This document shows positions 37,576-49,495 of a DNA stretch of 64,000 nt, piece after piece. A program made the translations under genes and the position numbers. Source of the stretch: Escherichia coli O127:H6 str. E2348/69 (GTDB taxonomy: Bacteria; Pseudomonadota; Gammaproteobacteria; Enterobacterales; Enterobacteriaceae); assembly GCF_000026545.1 (NCBI RefSeq), contig NC_011601.1; one strand, given 5' to 3'. The notes beneath the pieces were generated by a model. That model was not told where the DNA came from. It saw nothing but the letters and a program-made list of their open reading frames with translations, and did not search any database. Each line of letters begins with the position of its first letter. Positions within the stretch are counted from its first letter, which is position 1.

Positions 37576-37611
37576 GCCTGATGCGACGCTTGCGCGTCTT
37601 ATCAGGCCTAC
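37576..37611. repeat. REP element between cysA and cysM
   Basis: gcctgatgcgacgcttgcgcgtcttatcaggcctac. Confidence 0.7.
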
Positions 37612-37685
37612 AGGTTACAAACCTTGCCATTAAAAAGCCCGGATCGCGGGAAGCGCCTCCGGGCGTTTAACATTCACTCAACCTA

Positions 37686-38783
37686 TCAGGCGCTTTGTGC
37701 GAGAGCAAGTTCCTCATCACGGGTTTCAATACGCTCATCGCCGTTATACAGCCGCGCATGTTGCAGACCAACGTATAAACGATCGCCACGCTGCGGGGCA
37801 TCGTCGCCATGCATCACGACCGTCAGCGGTTCGTTGTACCACCCCAGCGGCTGCACCACTAATTGGGTGTAGTGACCTTTCGGGCTGGCTTCCAGTACCT
37901 GTACTGGTAGCGGCGAATCGAGGCTGGTACGGCGGCTGATATCCACTTCCCACGGGCGCAGGAAGAGATCCACCGGCCCCTGATACGCGGGGGTGTATCC
38001 CAGCGGCCAGCGATGTGCGCCAACGTGGAACTGCCCGCCGCGAATGGTTCCCTGCAGGCGGTTTACCTCGCCCATAAACTCCAGCACAAAACGAGTCGCC
38101 GGTTCACGCCATACCTGATCCGGTGCGTCAGCTTGTTCAATATTGCCCTGACTCATCACCACTACACGATCAGCTACTTCGGTCGCCTCTTCCTGGTCGT
38201 GGGTCACGAACACGCTGGTGAATTTCAGTTCTTCATGCAGTTGACGCAGCCAGCGACGCAGCTCTTTACGCACCTGCGCATCCAGCGCGCCAAACGGTTC
38301 ATCAAGCAGCAAAATTTGCGGTTCCACAGCCAGCGCGCGTGCAAGCGCCACACGCTGTTTCTGACCGCCGGAAAGCTGCGCCGGATAACGATCCGCCAGA
38401 TGAGCAAGCTGCACCATCTCCAGCAATTTTGTCGCTTTCGCTTTGATCTGCGCCGCATTCGGGCGTTCACGCCGTGGCAACACCGTCAGGCCAAAAGCGA
38501 TATTGTCAAACACCGTCATATGGCGAAACAGCGCGTAATGCTGGAACACGAAACCGACTTTACGGTCCCGCGCGTGCAGACGGCTCACGTCGGTACCGTG
38601 AAAGCGAATATGCCCACTGGTTTGATGCTCCAGCCCGGCGATAATGCGCAGCAGCGTGGTTTTCCCGGAACCGGACGGCCCAAGCAACGCGACCATCTGA
38701 CCAGAAGGAATATCCAGTGAGATATCGTTCAGCACCTGGGTGCGACCAAACGACTTCTTAATATTGGCAATCTCAATGCTCAT
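37686..38783 (-). CDS. cysA: Sulfate/thiosulfate ABC transporter ATP-binding protein CysA
   Basis: 365-aa ORF with Walker A (GPSGSGKTT), ABC signature (LSGGQKQR) and Walker B (LLLDEP). Confidence 0.95.
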   Translation of the reverse strand: MSIEIANIKKSFGRTQVLNDISLDIPSGQMVALLGPSGSGKTTLLRIIAGLEHQTSGHIRFHGTDVSRLHARDRKVGFVFQHYALFRHMTVFDNIAFGLTVLPRRERPNAAQIKAKATKLLEMVQLAHLADRYPAQLSGGQKQRVALARALAVEPQILLLDEPFGALDAQVRKELRRWLRQLHEELKFTSVFVTHDQEEATEVADRVVVMSQGNIEQADAPDQVWREPATRFVLEFMGEVNRLQGTIRGGQFHVGAHRWPLGYTPAYQGPVDLFLRPWEVDISRRTSLDSPLPVQVLEASPKGHYTQLVVQPLGWYNEPLTVVMHGDDAPQRGDRLYVGLQHARLYNGDERIETRDEELALAQSA

Positions 38784-39648
38784 GATGCTCCTCCTGCTGC
38801 GCGCGTTTTTCCTGGTTCTCCAGGCGCCACTGCAACATACTCTTTAAAAACAGGGTGATAATCGCCATCAGCGTCAACAGCGCCGCGGCGGTAAAGGAGC
38901 CGACGGTGTTGTAGTCTTGCTCCAGCAATTCAATCTGTAACGGCAGCGAAAGTGTTTCGCCGCGAATCGAGCCGGAAACCACCGACACCGCACCAAACTC
39001 GCCAATCGCGCGGGCGTTGGTCAGCACCACGCCATAAAGCAGCGCCCAGCGGATGTTCGGCAGCGTGACGCGGCGAAACATCTGCCAGCCAGACGCGCCA
39101 AGCAAAATCGCCGCTTCGTCTTCCTGGCTGCCCTGGCTTAACATCACCGGCACCAGCTCACGCACCACAAACGGACACGTCACGAAGATGGTGACCAGCA
39201 CCATTCCCGGCCAGGAGAACATAATTTGCAGATTATGTTCATCCAGCCAGCCGCCGAGCGGGCCGTTAGAGCCGTAGAACAGCAAATACACCAGACCGGC
39301 AACCACCGGCGACACGGCAAACGGAATGTCCAGCAGCGTCAGCAATAACTGGCGTCCGGGGAAATTAAATCGCGTCACTAGCCACGCCAGCAGAATGCCG
39401 AACACTAGGTTCACCGGCACGGCAATCAGCGCAATCATCACCGTCAGCCAGATGGCGTGCAGCATGTCCGGATCGGCCAGATTCTGTAAAACCGGCATCA
39501 GCCCTTTGCTGAACGCCTGCACGAAGATGTAAATCATCGGCACCAGCAGGATGAACGCCGAAACCAGCATCCCGATGCCAATCAGAAACCATTTGCCCCA
39601 GTTAATCGGGCGCGCGTCATAACGCTTCAATTGTGTCACTTCCGCCAT
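38773..39648 (-). CDS. cysW: Sulfate/thiosulfate ABC transporter permease CysW
   Basis: 291-aa membrane ORF. Overlaps the cysA start. Confidence 0.93.
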   Translation of the reverse strand: MAEVTQLKRYDARPINWGKWFLIGIGMLVSAFILLVPMIYIFVQAFSKGLMPVLQNLADPDMLHAIWLTVMIALIAVPVNLVFGILLAWLVTRFNFPGRQLLLTLLDIPFAVSPVVAGLVYLLFYGSNGPLGGWLDEHNLQIMFSWPGMVLVTIFVTCPFVVRELVPVMLSQGSQEDEAAILLGASGWQMFRRVTLPNIRWALLYGVVLTNARAIGEFGAVSVVSGSIRGETLSLPLQIELLEQDYNTVGSFTAAALLTLMAIITLFLKSMLQWRLENQEKRAQQEEHHEH

Positions 39649-40481
39649 TAATGACCTACCACACGCCGACCAAAGCGACTTTGCAGAGTGTTAATTGAGA
39701 ACAGCAGCAGCAGGGATGCCGCGAGGATCACCGAAGCAATTGCGCTCGCCGCCGGGTAATCAAACTCCTGTAAGCGCACAAAAATCATCAGCGACGTTAC
39801 TTCTGTTTTCCAGGCGATATTCCCGGCGATAAAAATCACCGCGCCAAACTCACCGAGGCTGCGGGTAAATGACAGCGCCACACCCGCCACCAGCGCCGGA
39901 GATAGTTCCGGCAGCACCACTTTGCGAAAACTCTGCCAGCGCGTAGCACCGAGCGTTTCTGCCGCTTCTTCATATTCCGGGCCTAACTCTTCCAGCACCG
40001 GCTGCACGGTGCGCACCACAAACGGAATGCTGGTAAAGGCCATCGCCACCGCAATCCCCAGCCATGTATAGGTGACTTTGATATCAAACTTCGCCAGCCA
40101 TTCACCGTAAAAACCGTTCACGGAAAAGAGCGAGGCCAGCGTTAAACCGGCGACTGCCGTTGGCAGCGCAAAGGGTAAATCCATCAGCGCATCAAGCAGC
40201 GTGCGGCCCGGAAAGCGATAGCGGGTTAAGATCCACGCCATCAGCAGACCGAAAACGCCGTTAAAAATCGATGCCACAAACGCCGACAGCAGCGTCACTT
40301 TATAGGCTGCGACCACCTGCGGGTTGGTGATCACCTCCCAGTACTGCGCCCAGCTCATCTGGGCCAGTTGCATCACCAGCGCGGAGAGCGGCAGCAGCAA
40401 AATCAGGCACACAAACAGCAGACTGGTGCCGAGGCTTAAGGTAAAGCCCGGCAGCACGCGTCTTGAAGAAACTGCAAACAT
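39648..40481 (-). CDS. cysU: Sulfate/thiosulfate ABC transporter permease CysU (CysT)
   Basis: 277-aa membrane ORF. Its start and stop abut cysP and cysW. Confidence 0.93.
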   Translation of the reverse strand: MFAVSSRRVLPGFTLSLGTSLLFVCLILLLPLSALVMQLAQMSWAQYWEVITNPQVVAAYKVTLLSAFVASIFNGVFGLLMAWILTRYRFPGRTLLDALMDLPFALPTAVAGLTLASLFSVNGFYGEWLAKFDIKVTYTWLGIAVAMAFTSIPFVVRTVQPVLEELGPEYEEAAETLGATRWQSFRKVVLPELSPALVAGVALSFTRSLGEFGAVIFIAGNIAWKTEVTSLMIFVRLQEFDYPAASAIASVILAASLLLLFSINTLQSRFGRRVVGH

Positions 40482-41497
40482 TACTTACGCCCCGCCGCTA
40501 ACAGCTTGTCTAACTCGCCGCCGCTGGTGAAGTGGGTTTTCATCACTTCCGGCCAGGAGCCAAATTTATCTTCCACGCGGAACAGCTCGGTCTGCGGAAA
40601 TTTATCTTTCAGTTTGCCCATGACTTCCGGGTTATTTACGCGGTAGTAATAGTCGGTGATGATGGTTTGCGCCTGCGGGCTATAGAGCCAGTTCAGGTAA
40701 GCTTTTGCTGCTTTTTCCGTACCGTTGGCCTGCACATTTTTATCGACCCACGCCACCGGGAATTCCGCCAGAATGTTGGTTTTCGGAATCACCACTTCAA
40801 AGCCCTGCGCTTCATACTGTTTACGGATGTTGTTCACTTCCGATTCAAAGCTGATCAACACATCGCCCAGGCCGCGCTCGGCAAAGGTGGTAGTCGCGCC
40901 ACGACCGCCAGTATCGAACACTTCAACGTTTTTCAGGAACTGAGTCATAAACTGTTCAGTTTTGGCTTTGTCGCCACCGTCGGCTTTGTCCGCTGCGCCC
41001 CATGCCGCAAGGTAGGTATAACGCGCGTTACCCGACGTTTTCGGGTTCGGGAAAATCAGCTTCACATCGGAGCGCACCAGGTCGTTCCAGTCGTGGATAT
41101 TCTTCGGGTTGCCCTTACGCACCAGGAAGCCCATGGTGGAGTAGAACGGCGAGCTATTATTCGGCAGGCGCGACTGCCAGTCCGCTGGGATCAGCTTGCC
41201 TTTATCGTGCAGGATTTGTACGTCGGTCACCTGGTTATAAGTGACAACGTCGGCTTTTAAGCCCTGCAAAATCGCCAGCGCCTGTTTTGATGATCCGGCA
41301 TGAGATTGTTTAATCGTCAGTTTGTCGCCACCGTTATCTTTTGCCCATTGCTGTTCAAACGGCGGGTTCAGGGCGGCAAACAGCTCGCGGGAGACGTCAT
41401 AAGAACTGTTCAGCAGTTCCGTTGCCTGTACATGGCCCGCCAGTAGCAGAGAAGCGACCAGCACGAGTGAGTTCTTTTTCAGTAAGTTAACGGCCAT
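40481..41497 (-). CDS. cysP: Thiosulfate-binding periplasmic protein CysP
   Basis: 338-aa ORF with a signal peptide ([25 protein letters not shown]). Confidence 0.95.
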   Translation of the reverse strand: MAVNLLKKNSLVLVASLLLAGHVQATELLNSSYDVSRELFAALNPPFEQQWAKDNGGDKLTIKQSHAGSSKQALAILQGLKADVVTYNQVTDVQILHDKGKLIPADWQSRLPNNSSPFYSTMGFLVRKGNPKNIHDWNDLVRSDVKLIFPNPKTSGNARYTYLAAWGAADKADGGDKAKTEQFMTQFLKNVEVFDTGGRGATTTFAERGLGDVLISFESEVNNIRKQYEAQGFEVVIPKTNILAEFPVAWVDKNVQANGTEKAAKAYLNWLYSPQAQTIITDYYYRVNNPEVMGKLKDKFPQTELFRVEDKFGSWPEVMKTHFTSGGELDKLLAAGRK

Positions 41498-41626
41498 TGC
41501 GCACCCTTATAAATTTAACGACTTTCTAATAGCCATCATATTTATAACGGACGTGAAAGGAGTAACGGTTTTATATACCGTTTGGTGATTTGGAAGTTGA
41601 AAAGGGAATAAGACGAAATCCTCCCC

Positions 41627-41636
41627 ACAAATGCAG
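41627..41636. repeat. Left copy of the target-site duplication flanking the IS
   Basis: acaaatgcag lies immediately left of the IS end. The identical 10-mer lies immediately right of the other end at 43187..43196. IS50 normally makes a 9-bp duplication, so one base may match by chance. Confidence 0.85.
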
Positions 41637-41655
41637 CTGTCTCTTATACACAAAT
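41637..41655 (+). repeat. IS terminal inverted repeat, outside-end-like
   Basis: CTGTCTCTTATACACAAAT versus IS50 OE CTGACTCTTATACACAAGT, matching at 17 of 19 positions. It contains the TTATACACA DnaA-box-like core. Confidence 0.85.
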
Positions 41656-41801
41656 CCCCACCCGGGGATTTGTGATGTCTGTCAGTCTGCTTTAGGGGGA
41701 CTCTTTCCATCCGGTAGTTTCCTTCCTCCCCGGCAGCGATTTTTTGAACTTTTTCCTCACCCGTTGATCTTCTCTTATATTTCATTTTCTTCGGGTCTGT
41801 T

Positions 41802-43175
41802 ATGGTACTTTCTGATTGTTATTCATGGGCTAACGAGCAGTTTGGACATGCCCGTCTCGGTGATCCGCGTCGTACACGACGCCTTGTGTCACTGGCCTCT
41901 TCTCTCGCTCAGCATGCAGGTCTTTCTATTGTGAAATCATCCCAGTCCACTGCTCAGGTTGAAGGTGCGTACCGCCTGATACGTAACCCGTCTGTGTCCC
42001 CGCAAGCCATTGCCGAAGCCGGATTTACCGCCACTGTAAGGACATGTGAGGCTCATCCGCTGCTCCTCGCGCTGGAAGACACCACCACCATTAACTTCAG
42101 TCACAGTACGGCATCTGATGACCTGGGGAATACCACCACTAACCCGAAGACGCGCGGGCTGCTGGCTCACTCTGTCCTGATGTACGCCCCCGACAGCGCC
42201 CTGCCAGTCGGTCTTATCGAACAGCAGCGCTGGAGTCGTGCCACGGACACCTACGGTGTTAAGCACCAGCGAAAAGAACGTCCCTATGAAGAAAAAGAAA
42301 GTTACCGCTGGCAGCAGGCTTCGGAGCGCATGGCCGAACGGCTGGGGGAGATACAGAAACGGGTAATCACTGTCTGTGACCGGGAAGCGGATATCTGGCA
42401 TTACCTGCATTATAAAGTCAGCCACGGGCAGCGCTTCGTGGTGCGTGCAGCACAGAATCGCCGGCTGGAAGAAGCACCCGGCAAGCTCTTCGAACTGCCG
42501 GAAGTCCTGGCAACCGCGGGAAGCCACACGCTGAATGTGATGCAAAAAGGCGGGCGGGCAGCCCGCCAGGCCCGGATGTTCATCAGTTACAGCGAAGTCA
42601 GCATAAAAAATCCCGACAACAGCGGCCAGGCGCTCCCGCTCACGTATGTCTGTTGCCGGGAGCAGGCAGAGGACGGCGCCTGCTGGCATCTGCTGACGTC
42701 AGAAAAAGTGGCGAGTGCCGCCGATGCGCGACGTATCGTCAGCCATTACGAGCGACGCTGGCTGATAGAGGAATACCACAAGGCGTGGAAAAGTGGTGGT
42801 ACATGTGTGGAATCGCTGCGAATGCAGACCCGGGATAACCTCGAGCGCATGGTGGTTATCAAGGCGTTTATCGCGGTGCGGGTGCTGGGCCTGCGGCAGG
42901 GCGGTATCAGTGAAGAAACACAAAATGACAGCTGTGAGAAAATACTGACGCCGACAGAGTGGAAACTGCTGTGGGTTAAGCTGGAAGGAAAACCGCTTCC
43001 GTCACAGATGCCGACACTGAAATGGGCCTGTCTGAAACTGGCGAAACTGGGGCGATGGCATGACAGCAAACGCACCGGTCGCCCCGGTTGGGTAGTCATG
43101 TGGGATGGCTGGTTCAGACTTCAGGATATGGTTGAGGGTTACCTGGTGATGAAGTCTCTTGATCAGGAGATCTGA
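41802..43175 (+). CDS. IS50/Tn5-like DDE transposase (Tnp_DDE, IS4 family)
   Basis: 457 aa. It aligns by eye with Tn5 Tnp: GDPRRT.RLV, EGAYR.IRNP.VS, LEDTT (D), VCDREADI (D), YE/THRW.IEE.HKAWK (E, YREK region), DNLERMV, AKLGG/RW.DSKRTG. Confidence 0.9.
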   Translation: MVLSDCYSWANEQFGHARLGDPRRTRRLVSLASSLAQHAGLSIVKSSQSTAQVEGAYRLIRNPSVSPQAIAEAGFTATVRTCEAHPLLLALEDTTTINFSHSTASDDLGNTTTNPKTRGLLAHSVLMYAPDSALPVGLIEQQRWSRATDTYGVKHQRKERPYEEKESYRWQQASERMAERLGEIQKRVITVCDREADIWHYLHYKVSHGQRFVVRAAQNRRLEEAPGKLFELPEVLATAGSHTLNVMQKGGRAARQARMFISYSEVSIKNPDNSGQALPLTYVCCREQAEDGACWHLLTSEKVASAADARRIVSHYERRWLIEEYHKAWKSGGTCVESLRMQTRDNLERMVVIKAFIAVRVLGLRQGGISEETQNDSCEKILTPTEWKLLWVKLEGKPLPSQMPTLKWACLKLAKLGRWHDSKRTGRPGWVVMWDGWFRLQDMVEGYLVMKSLDQEI

Positions 43176-43186
43176 TCAAGAGACAG
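43168..43186 (-). repeat. IS terminal inverted repeat, inside-end-like
   Basis: The reverse complement reads CTGTCTCTTGATCAGATCT. This is identical to the IS50 IE as I remember it, including the two GATC Dam sites. The transposase stop codon lies inside it. Confidence 0.85.
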
Positions 43187-43196
43187 ACAAATGCAG
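43187..43196. repeat. Right copy of the target-site duplication
   Basis: acaaatgcag, identical to 41627..41636. Confidence 0.85.
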
Positions 43197-43214
43197 GGAG
43201 GAAACAGAGGTGAA

Positions 43215-44006
43215 TCAGATGCCGACGCTAACCGTCTCCGGTAGTGTGCTGCCGCCATCAATCACATTCTGTGTACCGGTTAAATAGCTGGATTCATCCG
43301 ATGCGAGGAAGGCCGCCAGTTCGCCGACTTCCAGCGGATCGGCGAGGCGACGCATCGGGATTGCTTTCGCCATTTCAGTCAGCACCGATTCTGGATCTTC
43401 CGGGTTTGACTGGCGGGCAATGCTTTCCGCCATTGGCGTGCGAACGTATCCAGGGCAGATGGCGTTAACGCGAATACCAGACTGCGCGTACTCCACCGCC
43501 AGCGATTTAGTCAGGCCAACAATCGCCGCTTTCGTTAAGGCGTACGCCGTTTCACCCGGGTCTGCCACCATATCGCCAGTAACTGAAGACATCATCACAA
43601 TGCGGCCATCTTTGCGGGCAATCATCTCCGGCAGCACCGCCTTCGTGACGTTCCATACGCCTTTTATATTGATATCAATATGGAAATCGCGATCTTCATC
43701 GCTCATATCGAGGAAACTGCCCAGACGACAAACGCCTGCGTTATTCACCAGAATATCAATGCGCCCTTCTTTTTCCTTAGCGCGCTTAATAGCTGCGGCT
43801 ACCGACGCCGGGTCACGCACATCGGCGACAACCGCCGTACAGCGATGACCACGACCACACAGTTCGTCCGCCAGCTTTTCGATCTCAGGGGAGATATCCA
43901 GCAAGATTAGGTTTGCGCCATGACGCGCAAAAGTTCTGGCAATTCCTTCGCCAATTCCCTGCAATGCGCCCGTAATCAGTGCTGTCTTGCCCGTGAGTTT
44001 ACCCAT
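43215..44006 (-). CDS. ucpA: Short-chain dehydrogenase/reductase UcpA
   Basis: The internal start MGKLTGKTALITGALQGIG (Rossmann TGxxxGIG) gives 263 aa. The YxxxK catalytic motif is present (YALTK). Confidence 0.9.
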   Translation of the reverse strand: MGKLTGKTALITGALQGIGEGIARTFARHGANLILLDISPEIEKLADELCGRGHRCTAVVADVRDPASVAAAIKRAKEKEGRIDILVNNAGVCRLGSFLDMSDEDRDFHIDINIKGVWNVTKAVLPEMIARKDGRIVMMSSVTGDMVADPGETAYALTKAAIVGLTKSLAVEYAQSGIRVNAICPGYVRTPMAESIARQSNPEDPESVLTEMAKAIPMRRLADPLEVGELAAFLASDESSYLTGTQNVIDGGSTLPETVSVGI

Positions 44007-44285
44007 TTTAATGCTCTCCTTGTTAATACAGAGCGTTACACTCCATTCCCTCTGAAAATACAGGATAAACAAAATATTGCTGCGGATCAGCTCACTAATT
44101 CAGGAAAATCTCAATTTAGTCGCTGCTTTATGCAGCACCTCAAGCGTTACGTCAGCGCGCAATCATTTTCAGTGACATCACATGAGTAATATTCGGACTT
44201 AATGATTCCTTTGTGTCTATCAAATCGGGATATATGATCCCATTTATCTGCAATTATTTGATCGCAAATATTAAGGTCACCACCG

Positions 44286-45182
44286 ATGCAACTTGAAAAG
44301 ATGATTACCGAAGGCTCGAACGCCGCCTCGGCTGAAATTGACCGCGTATCAACGCTGGAAATGTGCCGGATTATCAACGATGAAGATAAAACCGTACCAC
44401 TCGCCGTTGAGCGCGTACTGCCGGATATCGCCGCGGCGATCGATGTTATCCACACCCAGGTAAGCGGCGGCGGCCGTCTGATTTATCTCGGTGCGGGAAC
44501 ATCCGGTCGTCTGGGAATTCTGGATGCCAGCGAATGTCCGCCGACCTACGGCGTGAAACCGGGCCTGGTAGTTGGTTTGATTGCTGGCGGCGAATATGCC
44601 ATTCAGCACGCGGTGGAAGGTGCGGAAGATAGCCGGGAAGGCGGTGTTAATGATCTGAAAAATATCGGCTTAACCGCGCAGGATGTGGTGGTTGGTATTG
44701 CGGCCAGCGGACGCACGCCGTATGTGATTGCCGGACTGGAATACGCACGCCAGCTCGGCTGCCGCACAGTGGGAATTTCCTGTAATCCCGGGAGCGCCGT
44801 TTCAACCACCGCTGAGTTTGCCATTACGCCAGTTGTTGGGGCCGAAGTGGTCACAGGTTCTTCGCGAATGAAAGCAGGTACGGCGCAGAAACTGGTGCTC
44901 AACATGCTCTCCACCGGGCTGATGATTAAATCCGGCAAAGTGTTCGGTAACCTGATGGTTGATGTGGTCGCCACCAACGAAAAACTGCATGTGCGCCAGG
45001 TCAATATCGTCAAAAACGCTACCGGATGTAGCGCAGAGCAAGCGGAAGCGGCATTGGTTGCCTGCGAGCGCAACTGTAAAACGGCCATTGTGATGGTGCT
45101 GAAAAATCTCGATGCCGCAGAAGCTAAAAAACGCCTGGATCAACACGGCGGCTTTATTCGTCAGGTTTTAGACAAGGAATAA
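44286..45182 (+). CDS. murQ: N-acetylmuramic acid 6-phosphate etherase MurQ
   Basis: 298-aa SIS-domain ORF (GAGTSGRLG). It is followed 3 bp later by murP. Confidence 0.93.
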   Translation: MQLEKMITEGSNAASAEIDRVSTLEMCRIINDEDKTVPLAVERVLPDIAAAIDVIHTQVSGGGRLIYLGAGTSGRLGILDASECPPTYGVKPGLVVGLIAGGEYAIQHAVEGAEDSREGGVNDLKNIGLTAQDVVVGIAASGRTPYVIAGLEYARQLGCRTVGISCNPGSAVSTTAEFAITPVVGAEVVTGSSRMKAGTAQKLVLNMLSTGLMIKSGKVFGNLMVDVVATNEKLHVRQVNIVKNATGCSAEQAEAALVACERNCKTAIVMVLKNLDAAEAKKRLDQHGGFIRQVLDKE

Positions 45183-45185
45183 CCC

Positions 45186-46610
<1,425 letters not shown>

Positions 46611-46614
46611 TAAT

Positions 46615-46732
46615 ATGAAACGGACAATGCTCTGTCTTTCTCTGCTGGCTGTCAGCTGTAGCGTCAGCGCCGCAAAATACCCTGTTCTGACAGAAAGTAG
46701 TTGATCAAGTGTATGCGGCGTTAAAGCAGTAA
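46615..46732 (+). pseudogene. yfeW: Remnant of yfeW (penicillin-binding protein 4B): signal-peptide start plus a short 3' end, with the interior deleted
   Basis: The ATG at 46615 encodes MKRTMLCLSLLAVSCSVSAAKYPVLTESS and then TGA at 46702. Only about 30 nt more follow before a terminator. K-12 has a 434-aa ORF at this position (from memory). Confidence 0.65.
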
Positions 46733-46735
46733 TAA

Positions 46736-46769
46736 AAAGGCCAGTCAGTTGTGTTACTGGCTGGCCTTT
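46736..46769. terminator. Bidirectional terminator between the murQP-yfeW unit and yfeX
   Basis: aaaggccagtcagt-tgtgtt-actggctggccttt inverted repeat. Confidence 0.7.
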
Positions 46770-46789
46770 AATCATCGAATCAGAAACGA

Positions 46790-47773
<984 letters not shown>

Positions 47774-47784
47774 TCAGACGCAAA

Positions 47785-48360
47785 TTAACGCCGCCAGATA
47801 ATTTTACTGACTTTCCAGTTTTTCAGGGTATCGTCCGAAGGCATTAACCCTTCAGGGCCACTCCATTCCCCGCTGAACTGGTAGCTAATATGTTGACTGC
47901 CTTCGGCTTTACATTCGACGGCACGATTATCATCACCATCAGCTTTTTGGCAATTGCCAAATGCTTTGCTGTAAAGGTCGCTAAACGGTGTACCGATTTT
48001 AACACCGGTGTCAGCAGGAATATCGCTATCCAGCACATCAATGCGGCTGATCGTACCCTGATCGCCGTTAATCACCATCGCCACGTTGTCGCCTTTCATC
48101 ACTTCAAAAAAGCGCACCACGTTGCCGTTCGCGGTTTTCATTCCGCTGCGCAGGCGATAATCGCCATCAAGCGCATCGGCAATGGGTTGTTCTTGCAGTG
48201 GTGTGGACGCCGTTAATTCACCCACGCCCTGCTCGCTCACTTTGGTGGACGACCCAAACCAGTTCCACGGGTTAGCGGCAGACCAGTTAACTGACGACAT
48301 CGTGGAACAGCCGGTCAGCATCAGCGGCATAGCGCATAACATTAAACGCAGCGATTTCAT
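47785..48360 (-). CDS. yfeY: Lipoprotein YfeY (DUF1131)
   Basis: 191-aa ORF with a lipobox (LMLTGC). Confidence 0.88.
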   Translation of the reverse strand: MKSLRLMLCAMPLMLTGCSTMSSVNWSAANPWNWFGSSTKVSEQGVGELTASTPLQEQPIADALDGDYRLRSGMKTANGNVVRFFEVMKGDNVAMVINGDQGTISRIDVLDSDIPADTGVKIGTPFSDLYSKAFGNCQKADGDDNRAVECKAEGSQHISYQFSGEWSGPEGLMPSDDTLKNWKVSKIIWRR

Positions 48361-48420
48361 GTCACTTCCTTTGGTTATTCAATAACGTTGCTTGGAGTGC
48401 AAATTCACCAAAAAGTGCCG

Positions 48421-48870
48421 TTATTCTTTTTCTTCATTAAAACAAGCGCGTAAACGTCGATTGGTCAGCAGCCAGATTAACGCCACGATATCCGCCACTA
48501 CCAGCGCCAGACCGATACCGCTAACGGATTCACCGTTCAGCCACAGCCACGGTTGCCAACAAAGTAAAACCACTTGCGCCAACAGCAACAGAAAATAGAG
48601 CACATGCCAGATACGGGGAAATGAAGCCCGCCGACCACTCAGCAAAAATGCCAGCACCGCCGGAATACCGGGAATCAACCCCAGCCAGAAATTATCGTGA
48701 TCGGGATAAAACAGATTTAGCAGCGCAGTACCCTGCTCGCGCGACGCTCCGGCAATGACAAACAGCACCCAGGTTCGCGCCTGAAGCAATAGCACAAGCC
48801 AGAAGAGCAAGGGTAAACGCAGGCGACCGTGCGCATCATAATGGACAGGATGAAACTCAGTACTCTTCAT
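48421..48870 (-). CDS. yfeZ: Inner membrane protein YfeZ
   Basis: About 149-aa hydrophobic ORF (the start could be 48876 or 48870). Overlaps the 3' end of ypeA. Confidence 0.85.
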
Positions 48871-49282
48871 CTTCAATCAAACGCTTACCCAGACTCAGCA
48901 CGTCGGCGTGTTCATATCCCAGGCGTTCATACATTCCGAGCACCATGTCGTTATCTTCCGGCACGTTGATCTGAATTTTCGGACAGCCGCGAGCAATCAG
49001 CTTTTTCTCCAACCGATTAAGCAACGCATTAGCAATCCCACGCCCACGAAACTCGGGATGCACGCCAAGATAATAAGCAGACCCGCGATGCCCGTCATAA
49101 CCGCCCATCACCGTTCCGACCACTTCACCGTTCACCTCAGCGACCAGAAACAAACTGACGTCATGGTTCATCTTACGCTCAATGTCCATTTCCGGATCGT
49201 TCCACGGACGCAGCAAGTCGCAACGCTCCCAAAGGGTGATGACCTCTTCGAAATCTTCCTGGCGAAATACGCGTATCTCCAT
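48857..49282 (-). CDS. ypeA: GNAT-family N-acetyltransferase YpeA
   Basis: The internal start [14 protein letters not shown] gives 141 aa. Has the acetyl-CoA motif ([10 protein letters not shown]). Confidence 0.9.
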
Positions 49283-49495
49283 GGTATTCGTTACCTTTTT
49301 GCGGGTTAAAAGGCTGATTATGGCGTGAACGGTCGAATTAGCCAATATCTGACGAAAATCGGTTGAAAAAGTGGCATAATGGGGAGTTGTCAACTATTGA
49401 AATGAAAAGTAAAACAATTCTCAACAGCAAACCGTCGTAACGGATTACGCGATACGATATAACATCTGGAACTTTATTATTACAACTCAGGCCGT

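Larger units (their letters stand above)
41637..43186 (+). mobile_element. IS4-family, IS50 (Tn5)-like insertion sequence, apparently intact (1550 bp)
   Basis: The ends match the IS50 OE and IE sequences as I remember them. There is a single 457-aa DDE transposase ORF and flanking direct repeats. The element sits in the cysP-ucpA intergenic region. Confidence 0.9.

Noticed and set aside
41637-41655. Possibility that the CTGTCTCTTATACACA sequence is Nextera/Tn5 mosaic-end adapter contamination in the assembly
   Set aside because: It differs from the adapter at positions 17-18. It is also the terminus of a complete element, with a matching IS50-type inside end 1.5 kb away, a full-length transposase ORF and flanking direct repeats.
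41590-41934. 114-aa ORF spanning the chromosome/IS left junction, a possible fusion protein
   Set aside because: It overlaps the transposase start in another frame, has no ribosome-binding context and is low-complexity (Ser/Leu/Phe/Pro-rich). It is most likely fortuitous.
44147-44455. 102-aa minus-strand ORF considered as a possible murR remnant
   Set aside because: Most of it is antisense to the 5' part of murQ, and it shows no RpiR HTH or SIS-domain features. I could not identify any convincing murR-derived sequence in 44007..44285.
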